From the NCBI GenBank assembly GCA_041611735.1, contig JBFIML010000010.1, positions 26,200 through 90,199 on the forward strand: a DNA stretch of 64,000 nucleotides, read 5' to 3'. Made by a program: the position numbers and the translations under genes. This DNA comes from Myxococcota bacterium (GTDB lineage: Bacteria; Myxococcota_A; UBA9160; PR03). A model generated the notes under the pieces. That model did not search any database and had not been told where the DNA came from. It saw only the letters and a list, made by a program, of their open reading frames with translations. Positions 19,401 through 28,203 of this stretch are shown piece by piece. The stretch's first letter is position 1; every line of letters starts with the position of its first letter.

Positions 19401-21224
19401 ATGAGCGAATTCGATTCGGGCTCGGGCAGGAAGGGCTTCGTTCGGGACGTGATGCGGCGCATCTCGGCCTCGGGGCCCCGCTCAGGCGGAGAGCCGGACC
19501 CCGGGCGTGGCCCGGAGGAGACCCTGGAGGATCTCCTGGACGCGCTGCGGCTGTTCGGCGGGGATTCCAGCGAGTTCCGTCGTCGCTTGGACCGCGTGCT
19601 CGGCGAGTACGAGTCGCTGCGCCGCCGCTACCAGCTCTCCCGCGATCAGCTCGTCGATGCGGAGCGGCAGAACGAGCGGCTGGTCCACACCCTCCAGGAG
19701 GCCAAGCAGCAGATCGAGCTCCTGAAGGAGGAGGTGGAGAAGCTCTGCGCGCCTCCCAACAGCTACGGCGTCTTCACGCGCGCCAACAAGGACGGCACCG
19801 TGGAGATCGTCGTGGACGGCAAGCCCATGCGGGTGAGCGCCCATCCGAAGGTCGATCCCTTCCAGATCGAGGAAGGTCAGCTCGTCGTGCTGAACGAGGC
19901 GTTCAACGTGATCGAGCCGGCCGGCATCGTGACCCGGGGAGAGATCGCGTCGGTGGTCGACCTCCTCGGCGACGGGCGGGCCATCGTGCTCGGCCACGCC
20001 GACGAGGAGCGCGTCGTCACCCTGGCGTCCATCCTGCGCCAGGAGAAGCTCAAGGTCGGTGACCACATCATGATCGATCCGCGCACCCAGTACGCCTTCG
20101 AGAGGATGCCCAAGTCGGCGGTCGAGGAGGTCGTGCTCGAGGAGATCCCGGAGATCACCTACGATCGCATCGGCGGCCTGGACGAGCAGATCGAGATCCT
20201 TCGCGACGCGATCGAGCTGCCCTACCTGTATCCCGAGGCGTTCGCGGAGCACCGTCTCTCGCCGCCCAAGGGCATCCTGCTGTACGGCCCCCCGGGCTGC
20301 GGCAAGACGCTCATCGCCAAGGCGGTGGCGAACAGCCTGGCGCGGAGCATCGAGCAGCGCACGGGTCGGCGCACCGCTGCGTACTTCCTCAACGTGAAGG
20401 GGCCGGAGCTGCTCAACAAGTACGTGGGCGAGACCGAGCACAAGATCCGCGAGGTGTTCAAGAAGGCGCGCGAGAAGGCCAGCGAGGACGTGCCCGTCGT
20501 CATCTTCTTCGACGAAATGGATTCGCTCTTCCGCATGCGCGGATCGGGCATCTCCTCGGACATGGAGGCCACGGTGGTGGCTCAGTTCCTGTCGGAGATC
20601 GACGGGGTGGAGTCGCTGAACAACGTGATCGTGATCGGCGCCAGCAACCGGCAGGACCTGATCGACCCGGCGGTACTGCGCCCCGGACGCCTCGATCTCA
20701 AGGTCAAGGTGCACCGGCCCGACTCCCCGGCGGCGCGCGCCATCTTCGGGAAGTACCTGCTCACCGATCTTCCCTTCCACCCGAACGCGCAGGAGCGCTA
20801 CGGGAGCGATCCGCAGAAGATGGTGGACGGGATGATCGACGACACGATCGAGCACATGTACTCGACGTCGGAAGACAACAAGTTCCTGGAGGTGACGTAC
20901 GCCAAGGGCGAGCGCGAGATCTTCTACTTCAAGGACTTCGCGAGCGGCGCGATGATCGAGAACATCGTGGCGCGCGCCAAGAAGAAGGCCGTGAAGCGCC
21001 TGATCGACCACGGGGAACGCGGCGTCAAGCTCTCCGATCTCCTCGAGGCCGTGCGCGAGGAGTTCAAGGAGAACGAGGACCTTCCGAACACCACGAATCC
21101 GGACGACTGGGCGCGCATCTCCGGCCGCAAGGGCGAGCGGATCATCAACGTCCGGACGTTGATGACGGGGATCAATCGGAACGAGCGCTCGATCGAGAAC
21201 ATCAGCTCGGGTCAGTACCTGTAG
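19401..21224 (+). CDS. arc: Proteasome-associated AAA ATPase ARC/Mpa
   Basis: N-terminal coiled coil ending PPNSYG, OB domains, GPPGCGKT, IFFDEMDS, NEDLPNTTNPDDWARISG, and the C-terminal proteasome-docking GQYL. Confidence 0.97.
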   Translation: MSEFDSGSGRKGFVRDVMRRISASGPRSGGEPDPGRGPEETLEDLLDALRLFGGDSSEFRRRLDRVLGEYESLRRRYQLSRDQLVDAERQNERLVHTLQEAKQQIELLKEEVEKLCAPPNSYGVFTRANKDGTVEIVVDGKPMRVSAHPKVDPFQIEEGQLVVLNEAFNVIEPAGIVTRGEIASVVDLLGDGRAIVLGHADEERVVTLASILRQEKLKVGDHIMIDPRTQYAFERMPKSAVEEVVLEEIPEITYDRIGGLDEQIEILRDAIELPYLYPEAFAEHRLSPPKGILLYGPPGCGKTLIAKAVANSLARSIEQRTGRRTAAYFLNVKGPELLNKYVGETEHKIREVFKKAREKASEDVPVVIFFDEMDSLFRMRGSGISSDMEATVVAQFLSEIDGVESLNNVIVIGASNRQDLIDPAVLRPGRLDLKVKVHRPDSPAARAIFGKYLLTDLPFHPNAQERYGSDPQKMVDGMIDDTIEHMYSTSEDNKFLEVTYAKGEREIFYFKDFASGAMIENIVARAKKKAVKRLIDHGERGVKLSDLLEAVREEFKENEDLPNTTNPDDWARISGRKGERIINVRTLMTGINRNERSIENISSGQYL

Positions 21225-21254
21225 CGGTTCTTCCCGGCTAACCGCGGAGAAGCG

Positions 21255-22739
21255 ATGGCGATCCCCAAGGTGATGGGAACGGAGATCGAATACGGGATCA
21301 CCGTCAAGAACGACCGCGATTTCGACCCCATCTCGAGCTGTGTGCTGCTGGTCAACTCCTACCGGGAGGAGACGGCCGGGCAGATCCTGTGGGACTACGA
21401 CCAGGAGAATCCGCTGGCGGACGCCCGCGGCTTCCAGGTGGAGGGGGAGAAGTACACCCCCAACCAGCAGGAGAACATCGCGCGCAACAAGACGCTCGTG
21501 AATGGGGCGCGCTACTACGTCGACCACGCCCATCCCGAGTACTCCTGCCCCGAGGTCACCAACCCCCGCGATCTGGTCGTGCACGAGAAGGCCGGCGAGC
21601 GCATCGTGGAGCTCTCGCGGCGCGAGGCCAGCCGGGTGCTCCCGCCGGGCAGTCAGATGCTCATCTACAAGAACAACAGCGATCGCAAGGGAAACAGCTA
21701 CGGCTGCCACGAGAACTACTTGATGGACCGCCGCACGTCCTTCAAGCAGATCGTGGAGCATCTGATGCCATTCCTGGTGACCCGGCAGTTGTACACGGGA
21801 GCCGGAAAGGTGGGCAGCGAGAACCGGGCGCAGCCCTGCGAGTACCAGCTCTCGCAGCGTGCGGACTTCTTCGAGACCGAGGTGGCGCTCGACACCATGG
21901 TGAAGCGCCCCATCATCAATACGCGTGACGAACCCCACGCGGACCGCGAGAAGTACCGCCGGCTGCACGTGATCGTGGGCGACTCGAACATGAGTGAGTT
22001 CACGATCTACCTGCGCAACGGCGCCACCGCGATCGTGCTTTCCATGATCGAGGACGGCGCGATCACCCGGGACCTCTCCCTCCACGACCCCGTGCGCGCG
22101 ATCAAGGAGGTCTCCCACGACGTCGCCTGCCGACGCCCCCTCGAACTCGCCAACGGAAAGCGTATGACCGCCGTGCAGATCCAGGCCGAGTACCTGGCCA
22201 TGGCGCACCGCTACGTGGCCGGGCGCCCCCAGGAACCCTGGGTCTCCGAGGTCCTGCAGAAGTGGGAGCGGGTGCTCGACGCCCTGGCCCGGGATCCCAT
22301 GGAGCTCGCCGGCGAGATCGACTGGGTGATCAAGCACGCGATGATCCGGGGCTTCATGGAGCGCAAGGGGCTCGACTGGGGCTCCTCCCAGGTCCAGATG
22401 CTCGACCTCCAGTACCACGACCTGCGTCCCGACAAGGGGCTGTACTATCTTCTGGAACGCCAGGGGAAGGTCGAGCGCATCGTCGAGGACGACCAGATCC
22501 GCCGCGCCATCCACGAGCCGCCCGAGGACACGCGGGCGTATTTCCGGGGCTCCTGCCTCAAGCGCTTCGGATCGGAGGTCTTCGGTGTGAACTGGGACTC
22601 GATCTCGTTCGGCATCGGAGACGAGCCGATCAAGCGCGTCCTCATGGTCGAGCCCCTCAAGGGCTCGAAGACGCACGTGGAGGAGCTCCTGGCCCGGTCG
22701 CCGACCGCGGCGGATCTCGTCCGGAACCTGAGGGCCTGA
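21255..22739 (+). CDS. dop: Pup deamidase/depupylase Dop
   Basis: GTEIEYGI, Dop loop WDY..ENPLADARGF, NGARYYVDHAHPEYS and NWDS motifs. Confidence 0.95.
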   Translation: MAIPKVMGTEIEYGITVKNDRDFDPISSCVLLVNSYREETAGQILWDYDQENPLADARGFQVEGEKYTPNQQENIARNKTLVNGARYYVDHAHPEYSCPEVTNPRDLVVHEKAGERIVELSRREASRVLPPGSQMLIYKNNSDRKGNSYGCHENYLMDRRTSFKQIVEHLMPFLVTRQLYTGAGKVGSENRAQPCEYQLSQRADFFETEVALDTMVKRPIINTRDEPHADREKYRRLHVIVGDSNMSEFTIYLRNGATAIVLSMIEDGAITRDLSLHDPVRAIKEVSHDVACRRPLELANGKRMTAVQIQAEYLAMAHRYVAGRPQEPWVSEVLQKWERVLDALARDPMELAGEIDWVIKHAMIRGFMERKGLDWGSSQVQMLDLQYHDLRPDKGLYYLLERQGKVERIVEDDQIRRAIHEPPEDTRAYFRGSCLKRFGSEVFGVNWDSISFGIGDEPIKRVLMVEPLKGSKTHVEELLARSPTAADLVRNLRA

Positions 22740-22761
22740 TCCAGGGCCCGGGAGAGTCGCG

Positions 22762-23022
22762 ATGCAACGCCACACCAACCCCCCTGCTCGCCCTACCGCG
22801 GGATGGCTTCCGATCTTCGCGGCTGCCGACTCCCAGCAGAAGCAGAAGCCGAGACGCGGCGGTGGCGAGGGCGAGGCCGAGAGCGAGGGCGGCCAGAAGC
22901 TCGCCAAGAAGGGCGAGGAACTCAAGGAAGAGATGGACGCACTGATCGACGAGATCGACGAGGTCCTCGAGGAGAACGCCGAGGAGTTCGTCAAGAACTA
23001 CGTCCAGCGCGGCGGCCAGTAG
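22762..23022 (+). CDS. pup: Prokaryotic ubiquitin-like protein Pup (C-terminal GGQ)
   Basis: DALIDEIDEVLEENAEEFVKNYVQRGGQ matches the Pup C-terminal consensus; lies between dop and prcB; GGAGAG RBS. Confidence 0.95.
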   Translation: MQRHTNPPARPTAGWLPIFAAADSQQKQKPRRGGGEGEAESEGGQKLAKKGEELKEEMDALIDEIDEVLEENAEEFVKNYVQRGGQ

Positions 23023-23053
23023 CCGGCTTCCGGAGACCGAAGAGGGGGGTTCG

Positions 23054-23839
23054 GTGCTCTTCCAGGGCAAGTACGGTGGGTCCAGCTTTCGCGAGCTGAT
23101 CGAAACCGACTTCCCGCAGCTCCTTCCGGCGCTGCGGGGGGAGCCGGGTCGAGCGCTCCCGAGCGTCCCGCACGGCACCACCGTGCTCGCGCTCAAGTAC
23201 GGTGACGGAGTGCTGGTCGGCGGCGACCGACTCGCCACCGAGGGCTACCGCGTCGCCTCCCGAGACATCCAGAAGGTCTACGCCACGGACGCGCATTCCC
23301 TCATCGCGATTTCGGGGGCGGCGGGACCCAGCATCGAGATGGCCCGTCTGCTGCGCATCGAGCTCGAGCACTACGAGAAGATCGAGGGGGAGGCCCTCGA
23401 GCTCGAGGGCAAGGCCAACAAGCTCTCCCAGATGGTGCGTGCCAACCTGCCCGCCGCCATGCAGGGTCTCGTGGTCGTTCCCATCTTCGCCGGCTACGAC
23501 CTGCGCCGGAGCACCGGCCGGCTGTGGAAGTACGACGTGACCGGAGGCCGCTACGAGGAGGCGGAGTACGATGCCTCCGGGAGTGGTGGACTGTTCGCAC
23601 GCGACTCGCTCAAGAAGAGCTGGCGGCCGGGCCTTTCGCGGGAAGAGGCGTTGCGAAACGGCATCCAGGCCCTCGTAGATGCGGCCGACGAGGATCGGGC
23701 CACCGGGGGGGTGGACCTGCTGCGGGGCATCTTCCCCACCGTGAACCTCTGCACCGAGCAGGGCATCGAGGACGTATCCGAAGACGAACTGCGGCGGGTC
23801 TACGAGCAGGCCATGGCTCCGCGGCGCGCTGCGGAGTAG
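23054..23839 (+). CDS. prcB: 20S proteasome beta subunit
   Basis: Propeptide with SSF.., processing site PHG|TTVLAL, GDRLAT, ELEHYEKIEG, SGSGG and AADEDRATGG. Confidence 0.96.
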   Translation: MLFQGKYGGSSFRELIETDFPQLLPALRGEPGRALPSVPHGTTVLALKYGDGVLVGGDRLATEGYRVASRDIQKVYATDAHSLIAISGAAGPSIEMARLLRIELEHYEKIEGEALELEGKANKLSQMVRANLPAAMQGLVVVPIFAGYDLRRSTGRLWKYDVTGGRYEEAEYDASGSGGLFARDSLKKSWRPGLSREEALRNGIQALVDAADEDRATGGVDLLRGIFPTVNLCTEQGIEDVSEDELRRVYEQAMAPRRAAE

Positions 23840-23845
23840 CCGCCC

Positions 23846-24544
23846 ATGTCGATGCCGTTCTACGTCTCTCCCGAGCAGTGGATGCAGGACAAGGCGGAGT
23901 ACGCCCGCAAGGGCATCGCCCGCGGCCGGTCGCTCATCGCCCTGGAGTACCAGGCCGGCATCCTGCTGATCGCCGAGAACCCGTCGAGCTTGTCGAAGAT
24001 CGGTGAGATCTACGATCGCATCGCCTTCGCGGGCGTGGGCAAGTTCAGCGAATTCGACCAGCTGCGCAAGATCGGCGTGCGCTACTGCGACGTGAAGGGC
24101 TACGCCTACAGCCGGGAGGACGTGCGCGCCAAGGCGCTGGCCAACGCCTACTCCCAGGCGATCGGTGACGTCTTCACGCGCGAGCTCAAGCCGCTCGAGG
24201 TCGAGGTGATCGTGGCGGAGGTGGGCAACGACGAGCTGGTGGGTCAGGAACGCAACGCGATCTTCCGCGTGCAGTTCGACGGCAGCATCTCGGACCATGA
24301 GGGCCATTGCGTGATCGGGGGCAGCGTGGAGAACCTCCAGGGCCACCTCCAGGGCCACTACCGCGCTGATCTACCCCTCGGGGAAGCCGTGCGCCTGGGG
24401 CGCGACGCGCTGGCTCAGGCAGGCGGAGGTCACGCGGGGCTCGCCCCCGAGAACCTCGAGGTGTGCGTGCTCGATCGCTCGCGTCCCGGCCGAAAGTTCC
24501 GGCGCCTTCCCGCCGAAGAAGTACGAGGTATGCTAGGCGGCTGA
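23846..24544 (+). CDS. prcA: 20S proteasome alpha subunit
   Basis: MSMPFYVSPEQWMQDKAEYARKGIARGRS, KIGEIYDRIAFAGVG and YSREDV motifs. Confidence 0.96.
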   Translation: MSMPFYVSPEQWMQDKAEYARKGIARGRSLIALEYQAGILLIAENPSSLSKIGEIYDRIAFAGVGKFSEFDQLRKIGVRYCDVKGYAYSREDVRAKALANAYSQAIGDVFTRELKPLEVEVIVAEVGNDELVGQERNAIFRVQFDGSISDHEGHCVIGGSVENLQGHLQGHYRADLPLGEAVRLGRDALAQAGGGHAGLAPENLEVCVLDRSRPGRKFRRLPAEEVRGMLGG

Positions 24545-24574
24545 GGGCCGGGGAAGCCGGCTGCGCCGGAACGC

Positions 24575-25984
24575 GTGGTGCAAAAACGAATCTACGGTCT
24601 GGAGACCGAATACGGGATCATCTTCACGCCCGAGGGCCGCAAGACGCTGCCCGTCGAGAAGGCGATCCGTTTCCTTTTCGAGAAGCTGATCACCACCGAG
24701 CACTTCCTCAACGTCTTCCTCGAGAACGGCGCGCGCTTCTACCAGGACACGGGCTGCCACCCGGAGTACGCCACGCCGGAATGCGCCTCGCCTCGCCAGC
24801 TGCTCGTGTACGACAAGGCCGGCGAGCGCATCCTGGAGGAGCTCCAGGACTACGCCGAGGAGAAGATCCGCGAGGAGCGCATCGCGGGCAAGCTCTCGAT
24901 CTTCAAGAACAACACCGACTTCGTGGGCAACAGCTACGGCTGCCACGAGAACTACCTGGTCGACCGGGATGTAGACTTCTACTACCTGGCCGAGCAGCTG
25001 ATTCCGTTCCTGGTGACCCGCCAGATCTACACGGGTGCCGGCAAGGTCTTCCAGACCCAGGACGGCGTGCACTACTGCATCAGCCAGCGCGCCCAGCACA
25101 TCTACCAGAAGATCTCTGGCACCACGACGAACGATCGCTCCATCATCAACACGCGCGACGAGCCGCACGCGGACCGCGAGAAGTACCGGCGCCTCCACGT
25201 GATCGTGGGCGACTCGAACATGAGCGAATACACGAACTTCATCAAGATCGGGACGTGCGCCGTCGTGCTGCAGATGATCGAGGACAACTTCATCAACAAG
25301 GACTTCACCCTGCGCAATCCGGTGAAGGCGATCAAGGACATCTCGTACGACACCACCTGCAAGCGTCGACTGCGCCTGGACAACGGCCGGGAGTATTCGC
25401 CGATCGAGATCCAGCGCGAGTACTGCGAGATGGCCCAGCGCTACCTGGAGCAGTATCCGGTCAGCGACGAGCTACGCGATTCGGTCGTCGAATGGCAGTA
25501 CGTGCTCGACTGCCTGGACACGGATCCCAACCGACTGTCGAGACAGATCGATTGGGTGATCAAGCGGCAGATGATCGAATCGTACCTGGGGAGCCGGGGC
25601 ACGACCTGGAACGATCCTCGCGTCTTCATGCTCGATCTCCAGTTTCACGACATCCGCGTGAGCCGCGGGCTCTTCTATCTGCTGGAGCGCAAGGAGGCGG
25701 CGGACCGGCTGCTGAACGACGACGAGGTCATGAAGGCCAAGACCGAGCCGCCGCCCGACACGCGGGCCAAGATGCGGGGCGAGTTCATCAAGCTCGCGCG
25801 CCAGAACGCGATCCAGTACGACCTGGACTGGTCGAACATCCGCCTCGGCAACCTGCTCAACGTGCGCGTGATCTGCAACAACCCCTTCGAGACCGATACG
25901 GAGAAGGTCGCGGAGCTGGTGCGGACGATCCAGAAGACGAACCTGCGCAAGACGAGCCTCTCGAAGCTGGTGATCCAGTCGTGA
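24575..25984 (+). CDS. pafA: Pup-protein ligase PafA
   Basis: RIYGLETEYG, NVFLENGARFYQDTGCHPEYATPEC, KNNTD..GNSYGCHENYL, ISQRAQHI and PPPDTRAKMRGEFI motifs. Confidence 0.95.
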   Translation: MVQKRIYGLETEYGIIFTPEGRKTLPVEKAIRFLFEKLITTEHFLNVFLENGARFYQDTGCHPEYATPECASPRQLLVYDKAGERILEELQDYAEEKIREERIAGKLSIFKNNTDFVGNSYGCHENYLVDRDVDFYYLAEQLIPFLVTRQIYTGAGKVFQTQDGVHYCISQRAQHIYQKISGTTTNDRSIINTRDEPHADREKYRRLHVIVGDSNMSEYTNFIKIGTCAVVLQMIEDNFINKDFTLRNPVKAIKDISYDTTCKRRLRLDNGREYSPIEIQREYCEMAQRYLEQYPVSDELRDSVVEWQYVLDCLDTDPNRLSRQIDWVIKRQMIESYLGSRGTTWNDPRVFMLDLQFHDIRVSRGLFYLLERKEAADRLLNDDEVMKAKTEPPPDTRAKMRGEFIKLARQNAIQYDLDWSNIRLGNLLNVRVICNNPFETDTEKVAELVRTIQKTNLRKTSLSKLVIQS

Positions 25985-26361
25985 GCCCGGCGGAGGATCG
26001 CCCGCGGCTCGTGGCCGTCCCCGGGAGCCCGGAGCCGGCCGCGCCGGAGGCCCCGGCCCCCGGGGTGGGGGGCGCTGGCCGCGCTCCCTGGGTGCTGAGC
26101 GCGCTGCTGGCGCTGGCGCTCCTGATCTCCTTCGTGGCCCTGGTGCGCCAGGTCCAGCAGACCCGCGGGCTCGAGGCCCGGGTGGAGGACCTGAGCGCGG
26201 CCCTGGGCGGCGCCGAGGCCGAGATCGAGGCGCGTCGCCTCCACCTGGATGCGGTGCGCGGGGAGGTCACCCGGGTGGGCGAGGCCCTCGGTGCCCTGGC
26301 GGAGCTGGTGACCCGGGACCCGGCGCCGGCCCCCCCCACGCGGCCGCCCGCAGTCGACTGA
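25981..26361 (+). CDS. Small single-pass membrane protein with coiled coil
   Basis: GTGA overlap with the pafA stop; Pro-rich N-terminus, TM segment WVLSALLALALLISFVALV, then a heptad-like helix. Confidence 0.7.
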   Translation: MSPAEDRPRLVAVPGSPEPAAPEAPAPGVGGAGRAPWVLSALLALALLISFVALVRQVQQTRGLEARVEDLSAALGGAEAEIEARRLHLDAVRGEVTRVGEALGALAELVTRDPAPAPPTRPPAVD

Positions 26362-26479
26362 GCCGCCCCCGGGAGCCCGCCCGGGTCCCTCGACTTTCCC
26401 CTCAATCTCTTCCGCCGGCAACCCGATACGTCCCCCGACGGCACGCCCGGGTGGCGCGCCGCCAGCGGAGAGCGCGGCC

Positions 26480-27514
26480 ATGTTCAGCTCGCTCGCGGGC
26501 CTCTTCTCCAACGACCTCGCCATCGACCTCGGCACCGCGAATACGCTGGTGTACGCCCGGGGCAAGGGGGTCGTCTGCTCGGAGCCGAGCGTCGTGGCGG
26601 TCGCCAAGGACCCGAACGGCCGCGGGGAGCGGGTCCTGGCGGTCGGCAACGAGGCGAAGGCCATGCTCGGGCGCACGCCCCACGGCATCCGCGCCATCCG
26701 CCCCATCAAGGACGGGGTCATCGCCGATTTCGAAGTCACCGAGGCGATGCTCCGCTACTTCATCCACCGGGCCCACAACCGCTCCAAGCTCGTACGCCCG
26801 CGCATCGTGATCTGCGTGCCGCCCTGCATCACGAGCGTGGAGAAGCGTGCGGTGCGCGAGTCGGCGCTCTCGGCCGGGGCGCGCGAGGTCTTCCTGATCG
26901 AAGAGCCCATGGCGGCCGCCATCGGGGCCGGACTCGACGTGACTGCCCCCAGCGGGAACATGGTCTGCGACATCGGCGGTGGCACCACCGACGTGGCCGT
27001 CACCTCCCTGGCCGGCATCGTGGCCTCGCGCTCCGTCCGCTGCGGCGGCGACAAGATGGACGAGGCGATCATCCAGTACGTGAAGCGGAAGTACAACGTC
27101 CTGATCGGTGAGCGCACCGCCGAGGACGTCAAGATGACGATCGCCACGGCCTCGCCGCACGGCAAGACCCAGACCATGGAGATCAAGGGGCGCGATCTGG
27201 TGGCCGGCATTCCGAAGGTGGTGGTGGCCACCAGCGAGGAGATCTACGAGGCGCTGATCGAGCCGATCAGCACGATCGTAGAGACCGTGCATCTCACCCT
27301 CGAGCGGACGCCGCCCGAGCTCGCCGCGGACATCGTGGATCGCGGCATCATGCTGGTGGGCGGGGGCTCCCTGCTGCGGGACCTGGACCGGGTGCTACGC
27401 GAGGAGACCAAGCTCCCCATCCTGCGCAGCGACGATCCGTTCACGGCGGTGGTCCACGGGGCCGGCCGGGCCCTGGAGGACCTGGCCCTGCTGCGCCAGG
27501 TGGCCCTGGTCTGA
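26480..27514 (+). CDS. mreB: Rod shape-determining actin homologue MreB
   Basis: DLAIDLGTANT, PIKDGVIADF, LIEEPMAAAIG and DIGGGTT motifs; N-terminal amphipathic helix. Confidence 0.96.
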   Translation: MFSSLAGLFSNDLAIDLGTANTLVYARGKGVVCSEPSVVAVAKDPNGRGERVLAVGNEAKAMLGRTPHGIRAIRPIKDGVIADFEVTEAMLRYFIHRAHNRSKLVRPRIVICVPPCITSVEKRAVRESALSAGAREVFLIEEPMAAAIGAGLDVTAPSGNMVCDIGGGTTDVAVTSLAGIVASRSVRCGGDKMDEAIIQYVKRKYNVLIGERTAEDVKMTIATASPHGKTQTMEIKGRDLVAGIPKVVVATSEEIYEALIEPISTIVETVHLTLERTPPELAADIVDRGIMLVGGGSLLRDLDRVLREETKLPILRSDDPFTAVVHGAGRALEDLALLRQVALV

Positions 27515-27594
27515 AGCCCGGTGCTTCGGTCGGGCGCCTTGCCAGCGGCGTGTCTCGACTCCGATGATCCGCACCGAATCTCTGGGACGGGAAA

Positions 27595-28203
27595 CTAGGG
27601 TCCCATCAGGCCGGCCAGGGCGAGCTGCATGACCAGCGCCACGTCGCCCTCCAGCTGCACCCGTCCAGCCAGAAAGGCCGCCTGGGGCTCGAGCCGTCCC
27701 TCCCGCAGCTCCCGGAAGGTCTCGGCGTCCACGCGGATGCGGGCGTCCGGCTCCGCCGGTGGGGCGACGCCCCCCAGGTGCACCAGGACGCCGAAGCCCG
27801 CCTCGCCGGTCACGTCGACGCGCAGCGTGCCGCGTACCGAGGCGATCCGCTCGACCCGGGACGCGGTGAGCGGAGCCGGGCCGGCCAGACCGGGCAGGGT
27901 CGAGATCAGCGCCAGCGGCTCCTGCTCCATCTCGCCCAGCAGGCGCTCGAAGTCGGCCAGCTCCTGCACGAACGTCACGAACGGCGGTCGTGCCGGCGCC
28001 TCGCCCCCGGACATGTGGCCCGCCTCGATGTTCAGGTAGAAGGTCCCGCCTCCTTCGCCCGCCAGGTCCACGCGAACGGTCGCGGCCAGTTCGCCCAGGG
28101 CCGCCCGGCCCGCGTCGCCGCCGGCCTCCTCGCCGAGCAGGCGGTTGAAGCGCGCCGGCAGGTGCTCGATCAGGAACCGGCGCGGGTCGATCCGGCCACT
28201 CAC
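27595..28203 (-). CDS. SCP2 sterol/lipid-binding domain protein (tandem SCP2-like)
   Basis: GEGGGTFYL, then LEPQAAFLAGRVQLEGDVALVMQL; GTGA overlap with the mltG stop. Confidence 0.8.
   Translation of the reverse strand: MSGRIDPRRFLIEHLPARFNRLLGEEAGGDAGRAALGELAATVRVDLAGEGGGTFYLNIEAGHMSGGEAPARPPFVTFVQELADFERLLGEMEQEPLALISTLPGLAGPAPLTASRVERIASVRGTLRVDVTGEAGFGVLVHLGGVAPPAEPDARIRVDAETFRELREGRLEPQAAFLAGRVQLEGDVALVMQLALAGLMGP

Noticed and set aside
19482-22994. 1170-aa minus-strand ORF, and similar long antisense ORFs (e.g. 39215-42880, 50785-53685, 56091-58586, 15369-18158)
   Set aside because: Shadow frames of GC3-rich genes on the opposite strand; no recognisable motifs.
22803-23099. Alternative 98-aa ORF overlapping pup
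   Set aside because: Different frame, no recognisable features, and it overlaps two well-supported genes.
21912-25228. Near-identical DNA segments in dop and pafA (IINTRDEPHADREKYRRLHVIVGDSNMSE)
   Set aside because: A family-wide conserved motif of these paralogues with many synonymous differences; not a mobile repeat or recent gene conversion.
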